Shown here one piece after another: positions 9,068 through 18,422 of a DNA stretch of 26,098 bases. Origin of the DNA: an uncultured Gemmatimonadales bacterium (GTDB lineage Bacteria > Gemmatimonadota > Gemmatimonadetes > Gemmatimonadales > GWC2-71-9); NCBI GenBank assembly GCA_963842945.1, contig CAWJIM010000014.1, positions 1 through 26,098 of the forward strand, in the 5' to 3' direction. Below the pieces are notes generated by a model, which saw only the letters and a list, made by a program, of their open reading frames with translations, did not search any database and was not told where the DNA came from. The position numbers were made by a program, and so were the translations under genes. Positions within the stretch are counted from its first letter, which is position 1. Each line of letters begins with the position of its first letter.

Positions 9068-10684
9068 ATGCACCAGCGCGTAGCACTGCTCGCCGCCATT
9101 CTCACAACCCTGGCACAGCCCGCGCGCCTGAATGCGCAGGAGCACGACCACCAGCACAAGATCGGACAATTGGGTCGAGTGGTCTTTCCGGTCTCCTGTA
9201 CACCTCAGGCCCGGCAGCGCTTCGAGCACGCGATGGCGGTGCTGCACTCGTTCTGGTGGGAGGAGGGTGACCGCGCCTTCGGCCAGGTGCTCGAGGCCGA
9301 CTCCAGCTGCGCCATGGCCTACTGGGGCAAGGCGCTCAACGCCTGGGGCAATCCGTTCGCCGGCGGGCCCACCGGCGACGCGCTCACCAAGGGAGCCGAG
9401 GCAGCCCGGCATGCCTCGTCGCTGCCGGCGGGGACTGCACGAGAGCGCGGATTCATTGCGGCAACCGCGGCCCTCTACCACAACGCCGGCTCCACTCCCA
9501 ACTCCGCGCGGCTCAAGGCCTACGCCGACAGCATGGCCCGGCTGTATCAGCGGTTCCCCAAGGACGTGGAGGTCGCGATCTACTACGCGCTGAGCCAGCT
9601 GGCTACGGCGCCGCGCACCGACACCACCTTCGCCCAACAGAAGCGGGCGATCGCCATCCTCGATCCGTTATTCGCCCAACATCCCGATCATCCGGGACTG
9701 GCTCACTACGTCATCCACGCCACCGACAGCCCCGGCCTCGCCCGTCTCGGTCTCGATGCGGCCCGGCGCTACGCGAAGATCGCGCCGGCAGCCCCCCACG
9801 CTCAGCACATGCCCTCGCACATCTTCGTCCGGCTCGGACTCTGGAACGAGACCATCGAGTCGAACTGGAAGTCCTATCAGGCAGGCCACGACTACGCCAA
9901 GGCGATGGGGATCGCAGGCACGATGGAGGAGTTCCACGCCATCGACTACGCCGTCTACGGCTATCTGCAGCGGGGCCAGGACTCGGCCGCGCGCGCGGCG
10001 GTGGCCAGGGCGATGCGGACGAAGCCCAGTCTTCGCGGCCTGGTCAGCGACTACAATCGGACCGCGATGGCAGCGAGGGTTCCGCTGGAAAGGGGCGACT
10101 GGGCCGAAGCGGCGGAGCTCAGGGCGCCGGCGGAATCACTGGGTCCGGTGGCGAGTGCCCTGCTCCGGTTCACCCACGCGATCGGCCGCGCGCGCAGCGG
10201 CCGGCCCGATGCGGCTGGTCCCGAGGTGAAGGCGCTCGATTCGATCGCCGGCGCGCTGGAGCAGAAGGGCGAGCCCTACTGGTCGCGGGTGGTCCGGATC
10301 AAGCACGATGCGGCGGAGGCGTGGGCGCGTTGGGCGGCGGGTGACACCGCCGGTGGGCTGGCGCTGGCCCGGGCGGCGGCCGATTCGGAGGAGGTCACCG
10401 ACAAACACCAGGTCACGCCGGGAGAGCTGCTCCCGGCGCGCGAGCTGGAGGGCGACATGCTACTGCTGGCCAGGCGCTACGCCGAGGCTCGTGCAGCGTA
10501 TAAAGGAACACTGGCCCGGGAGCGCAACCGGGCCCGGAGCCTGTTCGGCGTGGCGCGAGCGGCCGAACTGGCCGGCGACCGCGATGCTGCGGTTGCAGGC
10601 TATCGCGAATTTCTCGGGTTGATGGCCAGCTCCGATGGGAATCGTCCGGAGCTGGCCACCGCAAAGGCGTTCTCGGGCTACTGA
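9068..10684 (+). CDS. Exported TPR-like helical-repeat protein with a His cluster
   Basis: Signal peptide then QEHDHQH; LGRVVFPVSC, LHSFWW, CAMAYWG, HPDHPGLAHYVIHATD, APAAPHAQHMPSHIF; Ala-rich TPR-like helices. Confidence 0.85.
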   Translation: MHQRVALLAAILTTLAQPARLNAQEHDHQHKIGQLGRVVFPVSCTPQARQRFEHAMAVLHSFWWEEGDRAFGQVLEADSSCAMAYWGKALNAWGNPFAGGPTGDALTKGAEAARHASSLPAGTARERGFIAATAALYHNAGSTPNSARLKAYADSMARLYQRFPKDVEVAIYYALSQLATAPRTDTTFAQQKRAIAILDPLFAQHPDHPGLAHYVIHATDSPGLARLGLDAARRYAKIAPAAPHAQHMPSHIFVRLGLWNETIESNWKSYQAGHDYAKAMGIAGTMEEFHAIDYAVYGYLQRGQDSAARAAVARAMRTKPSLRGLVSDYNRTAMAARVPLERGDWAEAAELRAPAESLGPVASALLRFTHAIGRARSGRPDAAGPEVKALDSIAGALEQKGEPYWSRVVRIKHDAAEAWARWAAGDTAGGLALARAAADSEEVTDKHQVTPGELLPARELEGDMLLLARRYAEARAAYKGTLARERNRARSLFGVARAAELAGDRDAAVAGYREFLGLMASSDGNRPELATAKAFSGY

Positions 10685-11550
10685 CTCGAGTCGGACTCCG
10701 CTTCTCCAGTCTCCTGCCCCTGGCCCGCACCCATCTCCCGAAGCTCGGCGCCGGCCTGAGCGCTGGCCAGGTACCGCACTGCATCTTTCGCCATGGTAGC
10801 GGGTGGGACCTTGCTGGGATCGGACGTTTGGTTCTTGAGCGCCCAGACGTTGGTGATGAAGTCGGCGTCCTTGGGCTCAGTCTTCTTCCAGGTCACCCCC
10901 TTGGGGAGGACACCCGTTGCCGGCGGCATCGGACCGTTCAGGGTGACCTTCTTGGCGACCATCGTCATCCCCTGGCTCGGGTCGACCCACCGGAGCATGA
11001 CCATGGGAGCGCCCGGCATGACGCAGGCGGAGCCCTCCTTCGCCTTGTACACGTCGCACTTGTGGCCGGCGATGGTCTCCGAGCCGGTCTTCTCGCCGAA
11101 CAGGGTAATGAACGCGTCGGCGTCGCTTCCCCCGCCCAGCTGAGTGGCGAGTTTGATATTCTCCCGGAACCGCGCCTTGCCGGAGGCATCCAGCGCCGCG
11201 TACTCCCGCGCCAGATGAGGCCGCAAGGCGGCGCTGACCTCGCCGCTTTGCTGGCCACCCATCTTGTTGTAGGTGTACTGCGAGTCTCGCGTCGTGACCA
11301 CGAAGGAGCGCACGGTGTCCTTCTTCCCACCCGCCTCGAACGGCATAACCATTTTGATGATCATGCCGTCGGCAGCGACTCCCATCTCATAGGTAGGGGC
11401 CGCACCGGGCTGCTGCTTCTGGGCGCTCACGTCGTATACGATGTAGGCGGTCTTGACCGAGCCGCCGGTAAGGGCAAAGGGATTGTCCTGCGCTGCAAGA
11501 GAACCGGGCAAGAGAAGCGCGAGAATCGCTGCTCGGCGCGGGGTAAACAT
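10678..11550 (-). CDS. Exported hypothetical protein (DUF4412-like segment)
   Basis: GGAG RBS before ATG 11550; signal peptide ending SLAA-Q; KTGSETIAGHKCDVY resembles the DUF4412/GLPGLI-type motif. Confidence 0.7.
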   Translation of the reverse strand: MFTPRRAAILALLLPGSLAAQDNPFALTGGSVKTAYIVYDVSAQKQQPGAAPTYEMGVAADGMIIKMVMPFEAGGKKDTVRSFVVTTRDSQYTYNKMGGQQSGEVSAALRPHLAREYAALDASGKARFRENIKLATQLGGGSDADAFITLFGEKTGSETIAGHKCDVYKAKEGSACVMPGAPMVMLRWVDPSQGMTMVAKKVTLNGPMPPATGVLPKGVTWKKTEPKDADFITNVWALKNQTSDPSKVPPATMAKDAVRYLASAQAGAELREMGAGQGQETGEAESDSSQ

Positions 11551-11759
11551 GGGAAACACTCCTGAGAACGGGAGGCTACTAAGGACTGGGGCCACTAAGA
11601 TCGTCACCTACGGAGCCCGCGCGCCAGGGGGCAATTGTGAGCACAGTGGATCTGGCAGTCCCTGGGGACGACAACTCAGATCGGTGGCACTCAAGCCATT
11701 CACGGTGCATCTTTCGAGGGGCAGAACAGATTCCAGTGGACCCACAGAAGGGAACGCGC

Positions 11760-12332
11760 ATGCGAACTCTTTATCTCGCTGTATCTCTGGTGGCTCTGCC
11801 GGCGGTGCTCACCGCCCAGCAGGCGAAGCCGCTCGAGGTCGGCGCCGCGGCACCCGACTTCAGCATGAAGGGCGCCACCCGCTACGGCGTCCTGGCCAAG
11901 CCGGTGCGCCTGTCAGACTTCAAGGGGAAGACCGTGGTTCTGGCCTTCTTCTACAAGGCGCGAACCAAGGGCTGAACCGTCCAGATGAACGCGTACCGTG
12001 ATCAGTACGCGACGCTCTTCAAGGACGGCCAGGGTGTGGTGCTCATCGCCATCAGCGCGGATCCAGACACTGCGCTGGCTTCGTGGGCCAAGGATTCGGA
12101 GTTTCCGTTCCTCTTCGCCAGCGACAGCGGGACTGCCGTGGCCAAGAAGTACGGCGCCCTGGCCGACAACCCGGGGATGACCAACCGCAACCTGTTCGTG
12201 GTGGGACCGGATGGGAAAATTGCCTACCGGGCGACGCCGTTCCAGGAGGTCGATCCCAAAGCGTACAAGGATCTTGGGGCAGCGATTCAGAAGGCGGACG
12301 GGCGGACGGGCGGAGGGTCGGAGGGGAGATAG
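11760..12332 (+). CDS. Exported AhpC/TSA (BCP/PrxQ-like) peroxiredoxin, selenoprotein (Sec72 from UGA 11973-11975)
   Basis: ORFs 11637..11975 and 11985..12332 are in the same frame, separated only by TGA. The joined 190-aa protein reads VGAAAPDF..LSDFKGKTVVLAFFYKARTKG-U-TVQM..IAISAD..FPFLFASD..YGA..RNLFVVGPDGKIAY. The UGA sits at the peroxidatic TxxC position and a hairpin follows. Confidence 0.87.
11976..12021 (+). promoter_or_regulatory. Bacterial SECIS-like hairpin
   Basis: CGCGTAC (11990-11996) / GTACGCG (12005-12011) perfect 7-bp stem; 8-nt loop CGUGAUCA with G at position 2; loop starts 21 nt after the UGA; possible lower stem TGAA/TTCA. Confidence 0.75.
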
Positions 12333-12533
12333 CCGTATCCTGTCCGCCAGATCACCCGGCAACTGGTGCGATTCGTAGCCGAGTAATGAACAAATGTTGA
12401 CGGGCTGGCGAGAAGTAACGGATCCTTTACCGGATGGTCATGGTTTGCGGGTAATCCGGGCTTCAGCGGCGGCGGCCTTGGCCCATGGTCTATCTGGCGC
12501 GATCCAGGCCCCAGACGCAGATTCGGAATTGCC

Positions 12534-13406
12534 ATGACCGCCCCCACCATCGAGGGACCCCAGCGCAAGCCATACGATGACGAGATCGACGTCTACGGCC
12601 TCACCCATACGGGAAAGGTCCGGAAGGAGAACCAGGACCACTTCCTCGTCTGCTCCCTGAAGCGGCAGATGGTGGTCCGCCAGACCAGCCTGCCCACCCT
12701 CACCGGCATCACCCGGGAAGGCGACCGGCTCGCCTTTCTCATGATGGTGGCCGACGGCGTCGGGGGCGGCGTCAAGGGCGAGGAGGCCAGCCGGATCGCG
12801 GTCGAGGCGGCCACCCAGTACGTACAGCGCAGCATGCGCTGCTACTATGCCGCCAGCTCCGAGGACGACGAGGAGTTCTTCGAGGCTCTGCGGGAGGCTG
12901 CACTCGGCTGCCATGGGGAACTGGTCCGCCGGGGTGAGAAGGACCCGCAAAACCGGGGGATGGCCACCACACTGACGCTCTATCTCGGCGTGTGGCCCTG
13001 CGCCTATCTGCTTCAGGTGGGGGACAGCCGCTGCTACATCCTGGAGCAGGGGCAGCTGACCCAGATCACCCGCGACCAGACCATGGCGCAGGAGCTGATC
13101 GATCTCGGCGTCATGAAGCCGGCGGATGCCAAGCGCAGCAAGCTCGGGCATACGCTCTCGAGCGCGATCGGTGGACGCAACACCGAGCCGGTGGTCACCC
13201 GGCGCGAACAGAAGTGGGGCAACGTGGCGCTGCTCTGCAGCGACGGCCTCACCCAGCACGTTTCCGACGACCGGATCCGCGAGCGGCTGCTCACCATGAA
13301 ATCGTCGCGCCAGGTTTGTGAGGACCTGCTGAAGGATGCACTCGCAGACGGTGGGACCGACAACATCACCCTGATCGTCGCCCGGACAATCCCGGGAAAT
13401 CGGTAA
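12534..13406 (+). CDS. PP2C/PPM-family Ser/Thr protein phosphatase
   Basis: THTGKVRKENQD, VADGVGG, MATTLT, VGDSRCY, TRDQT, LLCSDGL, GGTDNIT. Confidence 0.95.
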   Translation: MTAPTIEGPQRKPYDDEIDVYGLTHTGKVRKENQDHFLVCSLKRQMVVRQTSLPTLTGITREGDRLAFLMMVADGVGGGVKGEEASRIAVEAATQYVQRSMRCYYAASSEDDEEFFEALREAALGCHGELVRRGEKDPQNRGMATTLTLYLGVWPCAYLLQVGDSRCYILEQGQLTQITRDQTMAQELIDLGVMKPADAKRSKLGHTLSSAIGGRNTEPVVTRREQKWGNVALLCSDGLTQHVSDDRIRERLLTMKSSRQVCEDLLKDALADGGTDNITLIVARTIPGNR

Positions 13407-13504
13407 GGCGTCGGGCGGTCAGTCGGTCAGTCGGCAGAGTGGTTGTAATGGTTCCGTCGTTCCGTCCTTCCGCTGTTGCGCCTTTCCGTCGCTCCGCCGG
13501 TCCC
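13407..13504. repeat. Two opposed 8-bp-period repeat tracts
   Basis: GGCGGTCA GTCGGTCA GTCGGCAG (13414-13437), then seven NNNTTCCG-like units (13449-13504) in the opposite polarity. Confidence 0.7.
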
Positions 13505-13641
13505 CCCTACGATTCGAAGTCCGATTACGGCCACTCCGATTCCACGTCCGAATCCGGCCAGCGTGAGTAGTGTGCTGCACGCTACGGTGTGAAGCAGGAG
13601 CCCCACCACGGTGCGCTCGCTCCTTCCACACCGAGGAATCC

Positions 13642-14871
13642 ATGACAAAGATCTCATGCGCGCTTCTGGTCGCCGCCGCGTACGGCTGCAGCAACGAAGC
13701 CCAGGTCACCCAACCGCGGCAGGAGCACGCCACCGCCGCCAGCGAGGTGCGTTACCAGGTGGTCAAGCTGCCGTCTCTCGGCGGGACCCAGAGCCGTGGT
13801 ATGGCAATCAATCGGCAAGGCTGGGTGGCGGGCTGGTCCAACCAGGCTGACGGCACCCGGCGGGCGGTGCTCTGGAAGGATGGGGCGATCACCAACCTCC
13901 AGACCCTGGGCGGGCCGAGCAGCGCAGTGCCCTGGATCGGACTGAACGACGCCGGAGTCGTCACCGGCATCTCCCACACCAATAGAGAGGATCCGCTGGA
14001 CGAGGACTGGGCCTGCGAGCTGGTGGGCTTCCTCCCCCAGACCACCGACCTGATCTGCCGCGGATTCGTGTGGCAGGGCGGTCCGATGCGCGAGCTGCCC
14101 ACGTTCGGGGGGAACCACGGCTTTGCCACCGGTATCAACAGCGCCGGCCAGATCGTCGGATGGGCGGAGACGACGGTGCACGATCCGACCTGCTCCGAGA
14201 GCTCGGCCCAGCAACTCCAGTTCCGCGCGGCCCTGTATGACCTGAAGGACGGCAGCGCCGAGAAGATCAAGCCGCGCGAGCTGCGCCCTTACCCGGGCGA
14301 CGCGACCTCGGCCGCCACCGCGATCAACGACAACGGCCAGGCAGTCGGCATCTCCGGCGACTGCGACCAGGCGGTAGGACGCTACAGCGCGCGCCACGCA
14401 GTGCTCTGGGAGAATCGGGGCCGGGTGGTCCAGATCCCCAACCTGGGAGGAACCAGTTGGCACACCCCGATGGACATCAATGGGCAGGGCGATGTCGTAG
14501 GGTTCTCCAATCCGGATGAGCCCGGCGACGAGATCGGGGACTTCATCGCGCGTGCCTTCTTCTGGCCCTATGGCGGCGCCATCGCCACAGATCTGGGAAC
14601 GCTCGAGGGAGATGCCGTGAGCGAGGCCTTTGCCATCAATGCGCATCGCCAGGTAGTGGGGATCTCCTTCGGCGGAGCCGCAGGTCCTCGGGCCTTCATC
14701 TGGGAAGGCCAGGACCTCGTCGACCTGAACGATCTGGTGGACATCGCGCCCGACGTCCTCCTCTCAGCCCAGGACATCAACGACGCCGGGCAGATCACCG
14801 GCCGGGTGCTCGATGCCGCCACGGGTCAGGTCCTGGCCTTTATCGCGAATCCGGTCAGCGCGACGCCCTGA
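13642..14871 (+). CDS. HAF-repeat extracellular lipoprotein (probable beta-propeller)
   Basis: GAGGA RBS; MTKISCALLVAAAYGC lipobox; about 7 repeats of L.tlGG..S.A.aIN..GqVvG.S...AflW. Confidence 0.88.
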   Translation: MTKISCALLVAAAYGCSNEAQVTQPRQEHATAASEVRYQVVKLPSLGGTQSRGMAINRQGWVAGWSNQADGTRRAVLWKDGAITNLQTLGGPSSAVPWIGLNDAGVVTGISHTNREDPLDEDWACELVGFLPQTTDLICRGFVWQGGPMRELPTFGGNHGFATGINSAGQIVGWAETTVHDPTCSESSAQQLQFRAALYDLKDGSAEKIKPRELRPYPGDATSAATAINDNGQAVGISGDCDQAVGRYSARHAVLWENRGRVVQIPNLGGTSWHTPMDINGQGDVVGFSNPDEPGDEIGDFIARAFFWPYGGAIATDLGTLEGDAVSEAFAINAHRQVVGISFGGAAGPRAFIWEGQDLVDLNDLVDIAPDVLLSAQDINDAGQITGRVLDAATGQVLAFIANPVSATP

Positions 14872-14881
14872 GCCACCGGTA

Positions 14882-14908
14882 TGTCGATATCGATCCGTCC
14901 AGCTCGAC
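14882..14908 (+). promoter_or_regulatory. ECF42-like sigma promoter
   Basis: TGTCGA (14882-14887), 17-nt spacer, CGAC (14905-14908), about 47 nt upstream of the DoxX start. Confidence 0.55.
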
Positions 14909-14955
14909 GTATAGGTAGAGGGATCTCAAACGTCGCCTGAACTGGAGGTACCCAA

Positions 14956-15393
14956 GTGGAGTCCATCTTGAAACCGAGGCCGGTAACTCATTCGGTCTAC
15001 GCCAACGTGCCGAGCTCGAAGGTGAGCCGGCGAGCCGGCGCCGTCATGACCGGGATCGCGACCCTGTTCCTCCTGGTCGACAGCGTCGGCAAGCTGATTC
15101 CCATTCCTCCGGCGATAGAGTTTACGGTTCGGCTGGGCTATCCTGAGTCCACTGTGCGGTTGATCGGGATGATCCTGCTGGTCTCCCTGATCCTGTATGT
15201 GGTCCCGCGCACGTCGGTGCTGGGCGCGGTCCTGCTGACCGGATACCTGGGCGGCGCTGTCGCCACCCAGTTGCGCGTGGGGAGCCCGCTGCTCAGCACT
15301 ACTCTGTTTCCGATCTATATCGGGGTGCTGGTCTGGGGCGGCATCATGCTGCGGGAAGACCGCCTGCGGGCCCTGTTCCCCTTGCGCCGATGA
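14956..15393 (+). CDS. DoxX-family membrane protein
   Basis: GGAGG RBS before GTG; four TM segments; FLLVDSVGKL, LGYPES, PRTSVLGAVLLTGYLGGAVATQLR. Confidence 0.88.
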   Translation: MESILKPRPVTHSVYANVPSSKVSRRAGAVMTGIATLFLLVDSVGKLIPIPPAIEFTVRLGYPESTVRLIGMILLVSLILYVVPRTSVLGAVLLTGYLGGAVATQLRVGSPLLSTTLFPIYIGVLVWGGIMLREDRLRALFPLRR

Positions 15394-16925
15394 CGGCTTC
15401 AGCGACCATGACCGCCCCCGGCAGATCGTCTCGCGACCACGAAGCCTGGAGCCGGGCCGTCGTCTCCCGTGACCCTCGCTTCGACGGCGTGTTTTACGTG
15501 GGGATCAGCACCACCGGGATCTACTGCCGGCCGGTATGTCCGGCGCGAGTCTCCTATCCCGAGCGGAGGAGGTTCTTCCCCTCTGCCGCTGCGGCCGAGC
15601 AGGAGGGATACCGGCCGTGCCTGCGGTGCCGGCCGGAACTGGCGCCCGGGCTGGCCGTGTGCGATGCAGTCCCCCGGGTGGCTCGGGCGGCGGCGATCCG
15701 TATAGCCGCGGGCGCGCTCAACGGCCGTAGCGTGGCGGAGCTGGCGCAGGAGCTCGGCATTGGCGAGCGGCACCTCCGCCGAGCCATGGAGCGAGAGTTG
15801 GGCGTGTCACCGGTCGAGCTGGCGCAGACCCATCGGCTGCTGATGGCAAAGTGCCTGCTGACCGACACCGATCTGCCGGTGACCCGGGTGGCGTTCGCCA
15901 GCGGGTTCCAGAGCCTCCGGCGATTCAACAGCGTGTTCCAGGAGCGCTACCGGTTGAGTCCGAGCAGGCTACGGCAGCGGCCTCGTCCGAAGCTCGCATC
16001 GCCGGCGCCGGACCTGCCGGGCGACTGGATCCGCTTGACCCTGGGATACCGCGCTCCGCTGGCTTGGGCGGCGCTGGTCCAACGCATCGCCCCTGATACT
16101 CCACCGGGTGTTGGATCGATCGAGGGCATCCGGTACGGCAGAACCGTGGCGCTGGAGGGATGTCGCGGAGTGATCTTCGTGGAGGCGGAGCCGGCAGCAT
16201 CCCACGTCAACGTGGACCTCTCGGCCTCGCTGCTGCCTGCGCTGATGCCGCTGCTGACGCGACTCCGGCACCTGCTGGATCTGGATGCGGAGCCGGCGGT
16301 CATCGACGCTCACCTCAAACAGGAGGGGCTCGCCGACCTCATCGCGCAGAGGCCGGGGCTTCGGCTGCCGGGAGCTTTCGATGGGTTCGAGATCGCCGCC
16401 CGCGAGCTGATGGGCAGCGATCTGCTCGGCAGGGTCACTCGGGAGCTGGGAGAGCCGTTCGACACCGGCATCGCGTCGCTCGACCGGTTGGGACTCACTC
16501 CCTATCGCGTGGCCGAGGCCGGCCGGTTCATGACCCACTTGGGCGTTCCGGCCCGGCGGGCGGAGGCGCTGGCGTCGCTGGGTCAGGCGGTGGCGGATGG
16601 AGAGCTGCGACTGGAACCAGGAAGCGAAGTACCGGCCACGCTGGAAGCACTGACCCGAATCCCGGGCGTCGATGGGCGCAGTGCTACGGCGATCGTGATG
16701 CGCGCTCTTCATTGGCCCGATGCCGTTTGGGCAGCGGACCCCGAGCTCCAACGCGCGGCTGGTGTGAGGAGTACGGAGGCGCTCCGGAGAATGGCTGAGC
16801 GCTGGCGACCCTGGCGGGGCTATGCGGCGGCACAGCTGGCTTACGTTAAGGCGGTAAGGCGAGAATATGGCGTATCTCATTCCGAGCAAGTCAAAGCGAA
16901 GGAGGGATCGACCCGCCGAGCCTGA
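15390..16925 (+). CDS. alkA: Ada metal-binding/AraC-HTH/AlkA fusion (AdaA-AlkA type)
   Basis: ATGA overlap with DoxX. SRDPRFDG..TTGIYCRPVC..GYRPCLRCRPE (Ada Zn site); AraC HTH (AFASGFQSLRRFN); AlkA_N; LLDLDAEP; PGLRLPG..DGFE; WRPWRGYAA. Confidence 0.9.
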   Translation: MTASATMTAPGRSSRDHEAWSRAVVSRDPRFDGVFYVGISTTGIYCRPVCPARVSYPERRRFFPSAAAAEQEGYRPCLRCRPELAPGLAVCDAVPRVARAAAIRIAAGALNGRSVAELAQELGIGERHLRRAMERELGVSPVELAQTHRLLMAKCLLTDTDLPVTRVAFASGFQSLRRFNSVFQERYRLSPSRLRQRPRPKLASPAPDLPGDWIRLTLGYRAPLAWAALVQRIAPDTPPGVGSIEGIRYGRTVALEGCRGVIFVEAEPAASHVNVDLSASLLPALMPLLTRLRHLLDLDAEPAVIDAHLKQEGLADLIAQRPGLRLPGAFDGFEIAARELMGSDLLGRVTRELGEPFDTGIASLDRLGLTPYRVAEAGRFMTHLGVPARRAEALASLGQAVADGELRLEPGSEVPATLEALTRIPGVDGRSATAIVMRALHWPDAVWAADPELQRAAGVRSTEALRRMAERWRPWRGYAAAQLAYVKAVRREYGVSHSEQVKAKEGSTRRA

Positions 16926-16936
16926 CATTCAGGCCA

Positions 16937-18422
16937 CTACGCGCGCCCTGAAACCACCTCACCGGCAACGCGGCTCGGTGCACTTCCGGCCGCCTTGATA
17001 ATGTTGCGGAGCATGCCGGCGAAGACCACCTGGTGAATCCCCCACAAGGCATACCAGTACACCAGCCCCAGCAGCCCGACCGGGTCGAAGACCGCGGTCT
17101 GCCGAATAAGGCTCCCGCCCTTCTCCGGCGTGACCTCGAACTGCAACCAGGCGCGGCCGGGCAGCCGCATCTCGGCCGCGAGCCGCAGCAGGCGGTCGGG
17201 CTCCACCGCTTCGACCCTCCAGAAGTCCAGGGCCTCGCCGGGACGAAGCGTGTCGGGATCCCGGCGTCCCCGTCGCATCCCAATCCCCCCGACCAACCGA
17301 TCCAGCAAACCCCGCAGCCGCCACAGGTGGTCCCCGTAATACCACCCAGCCTTGCCGCCGATTCGGGCGATGGGGCGAAACGCCTCCCGCGGAGAGGAGT
17401 CTACCCAAGCGGCCCGGGAATCCACCCGGCGAGATCCGAACCGGGCCCCGCCCCAGGACCGAGGCGTGCGCCGGGAGGAGAGCGCGTCGGACCAACGCGT
17501 TGCCGCAAAGCTCAGGTCCTCGTTCACCAGCGCGCGAGCCAATGCTTCGCGGACTCCTCGGGGCCGCACGGCGAAGTCCTGGAGCGCCCGGGTGTCGCGT
17601 ACCACGGTCTCGTTCCGAACACCGTCGATCAGCTCCCGCCCTACGCCGGCGTAGAGCGGCGTCACCAAGCCGAGCCAGAGACTGGAGAGTCGCGGTGTGA
17701 GCACCGGCACTCGCAGCATTCTGCGCTCGAGACCGCGGAGCCGGCCGTATTCCCGCATGAGGTCGCCATAGGATACTCGATCGGGTCCGCCGATCTCGTA
17801 GATCGCGCTCCGATCACCCGGCAGCTCCAGCGCGGCGACGAGGTAGGCCACCAGATCTTCGATCCCGATCGGCTGGGTTGTGGTGTCCACCCAGCTTGGG
17901 GTCACCATCACCGGAAGCTTCTCGACCAGGGCGCGCACCAGCTCGAACGACAGGCTACCGGAGCCGAGCACGATCGAGGCGCGGAATTCGACGGTAGGAA
18001 CTCCCGACTCGCGGAGAATCAGGCCGACCTCCTGCCGGCTCGCGAGGTGGCGGGAGAGCTCGGTCTCCGTGCCCCAGCCCGCCGAGATAGACGATGCGAG
18101 CGATGCCGGCGGCGCGGGCCGCGGCCGCAAAGCAGCGGGCGCCCTCCCGGTCGCTGCGGTCATACTCCCGGCCCGAGCCCATCGAGTGGATCAGGTAGTA
18201 CGCGGTGTGAACCCCTTCGAGCGCCGGGCCGAGTGACGCTGGATCGAGCACATCGCCCGCCACCACTTGGGTCCGAGGACCCGCCTGGCCGCGAAGATAC
18301 TCGGGCCGCCGAGCCATGCAGCGGAGCGGCCGCTGGCTTTCACCCTCGAGCGCCCGGCGGACCCGTCCCCCCACATAGCCGGTGGCGCCGGTGACCAGAA
18401 CCAGTCCTTCTCTCTGGCTCAC
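16937..18422 (-). CDS. YbjT-like NAD(P)-binding atypical SDR with C-terminal DUF2867 (frameshift near 18065)
   Basis: LVTGATGYVG, AYYLIHSM, IVYLGGLG, then SRHLASRQEVG, FRASIVLGSGSLSFE, IGGKAGWYY..LWRLRGLLD, DFWRVE, AEMRLPGRAWL. Confidence 0.9.
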
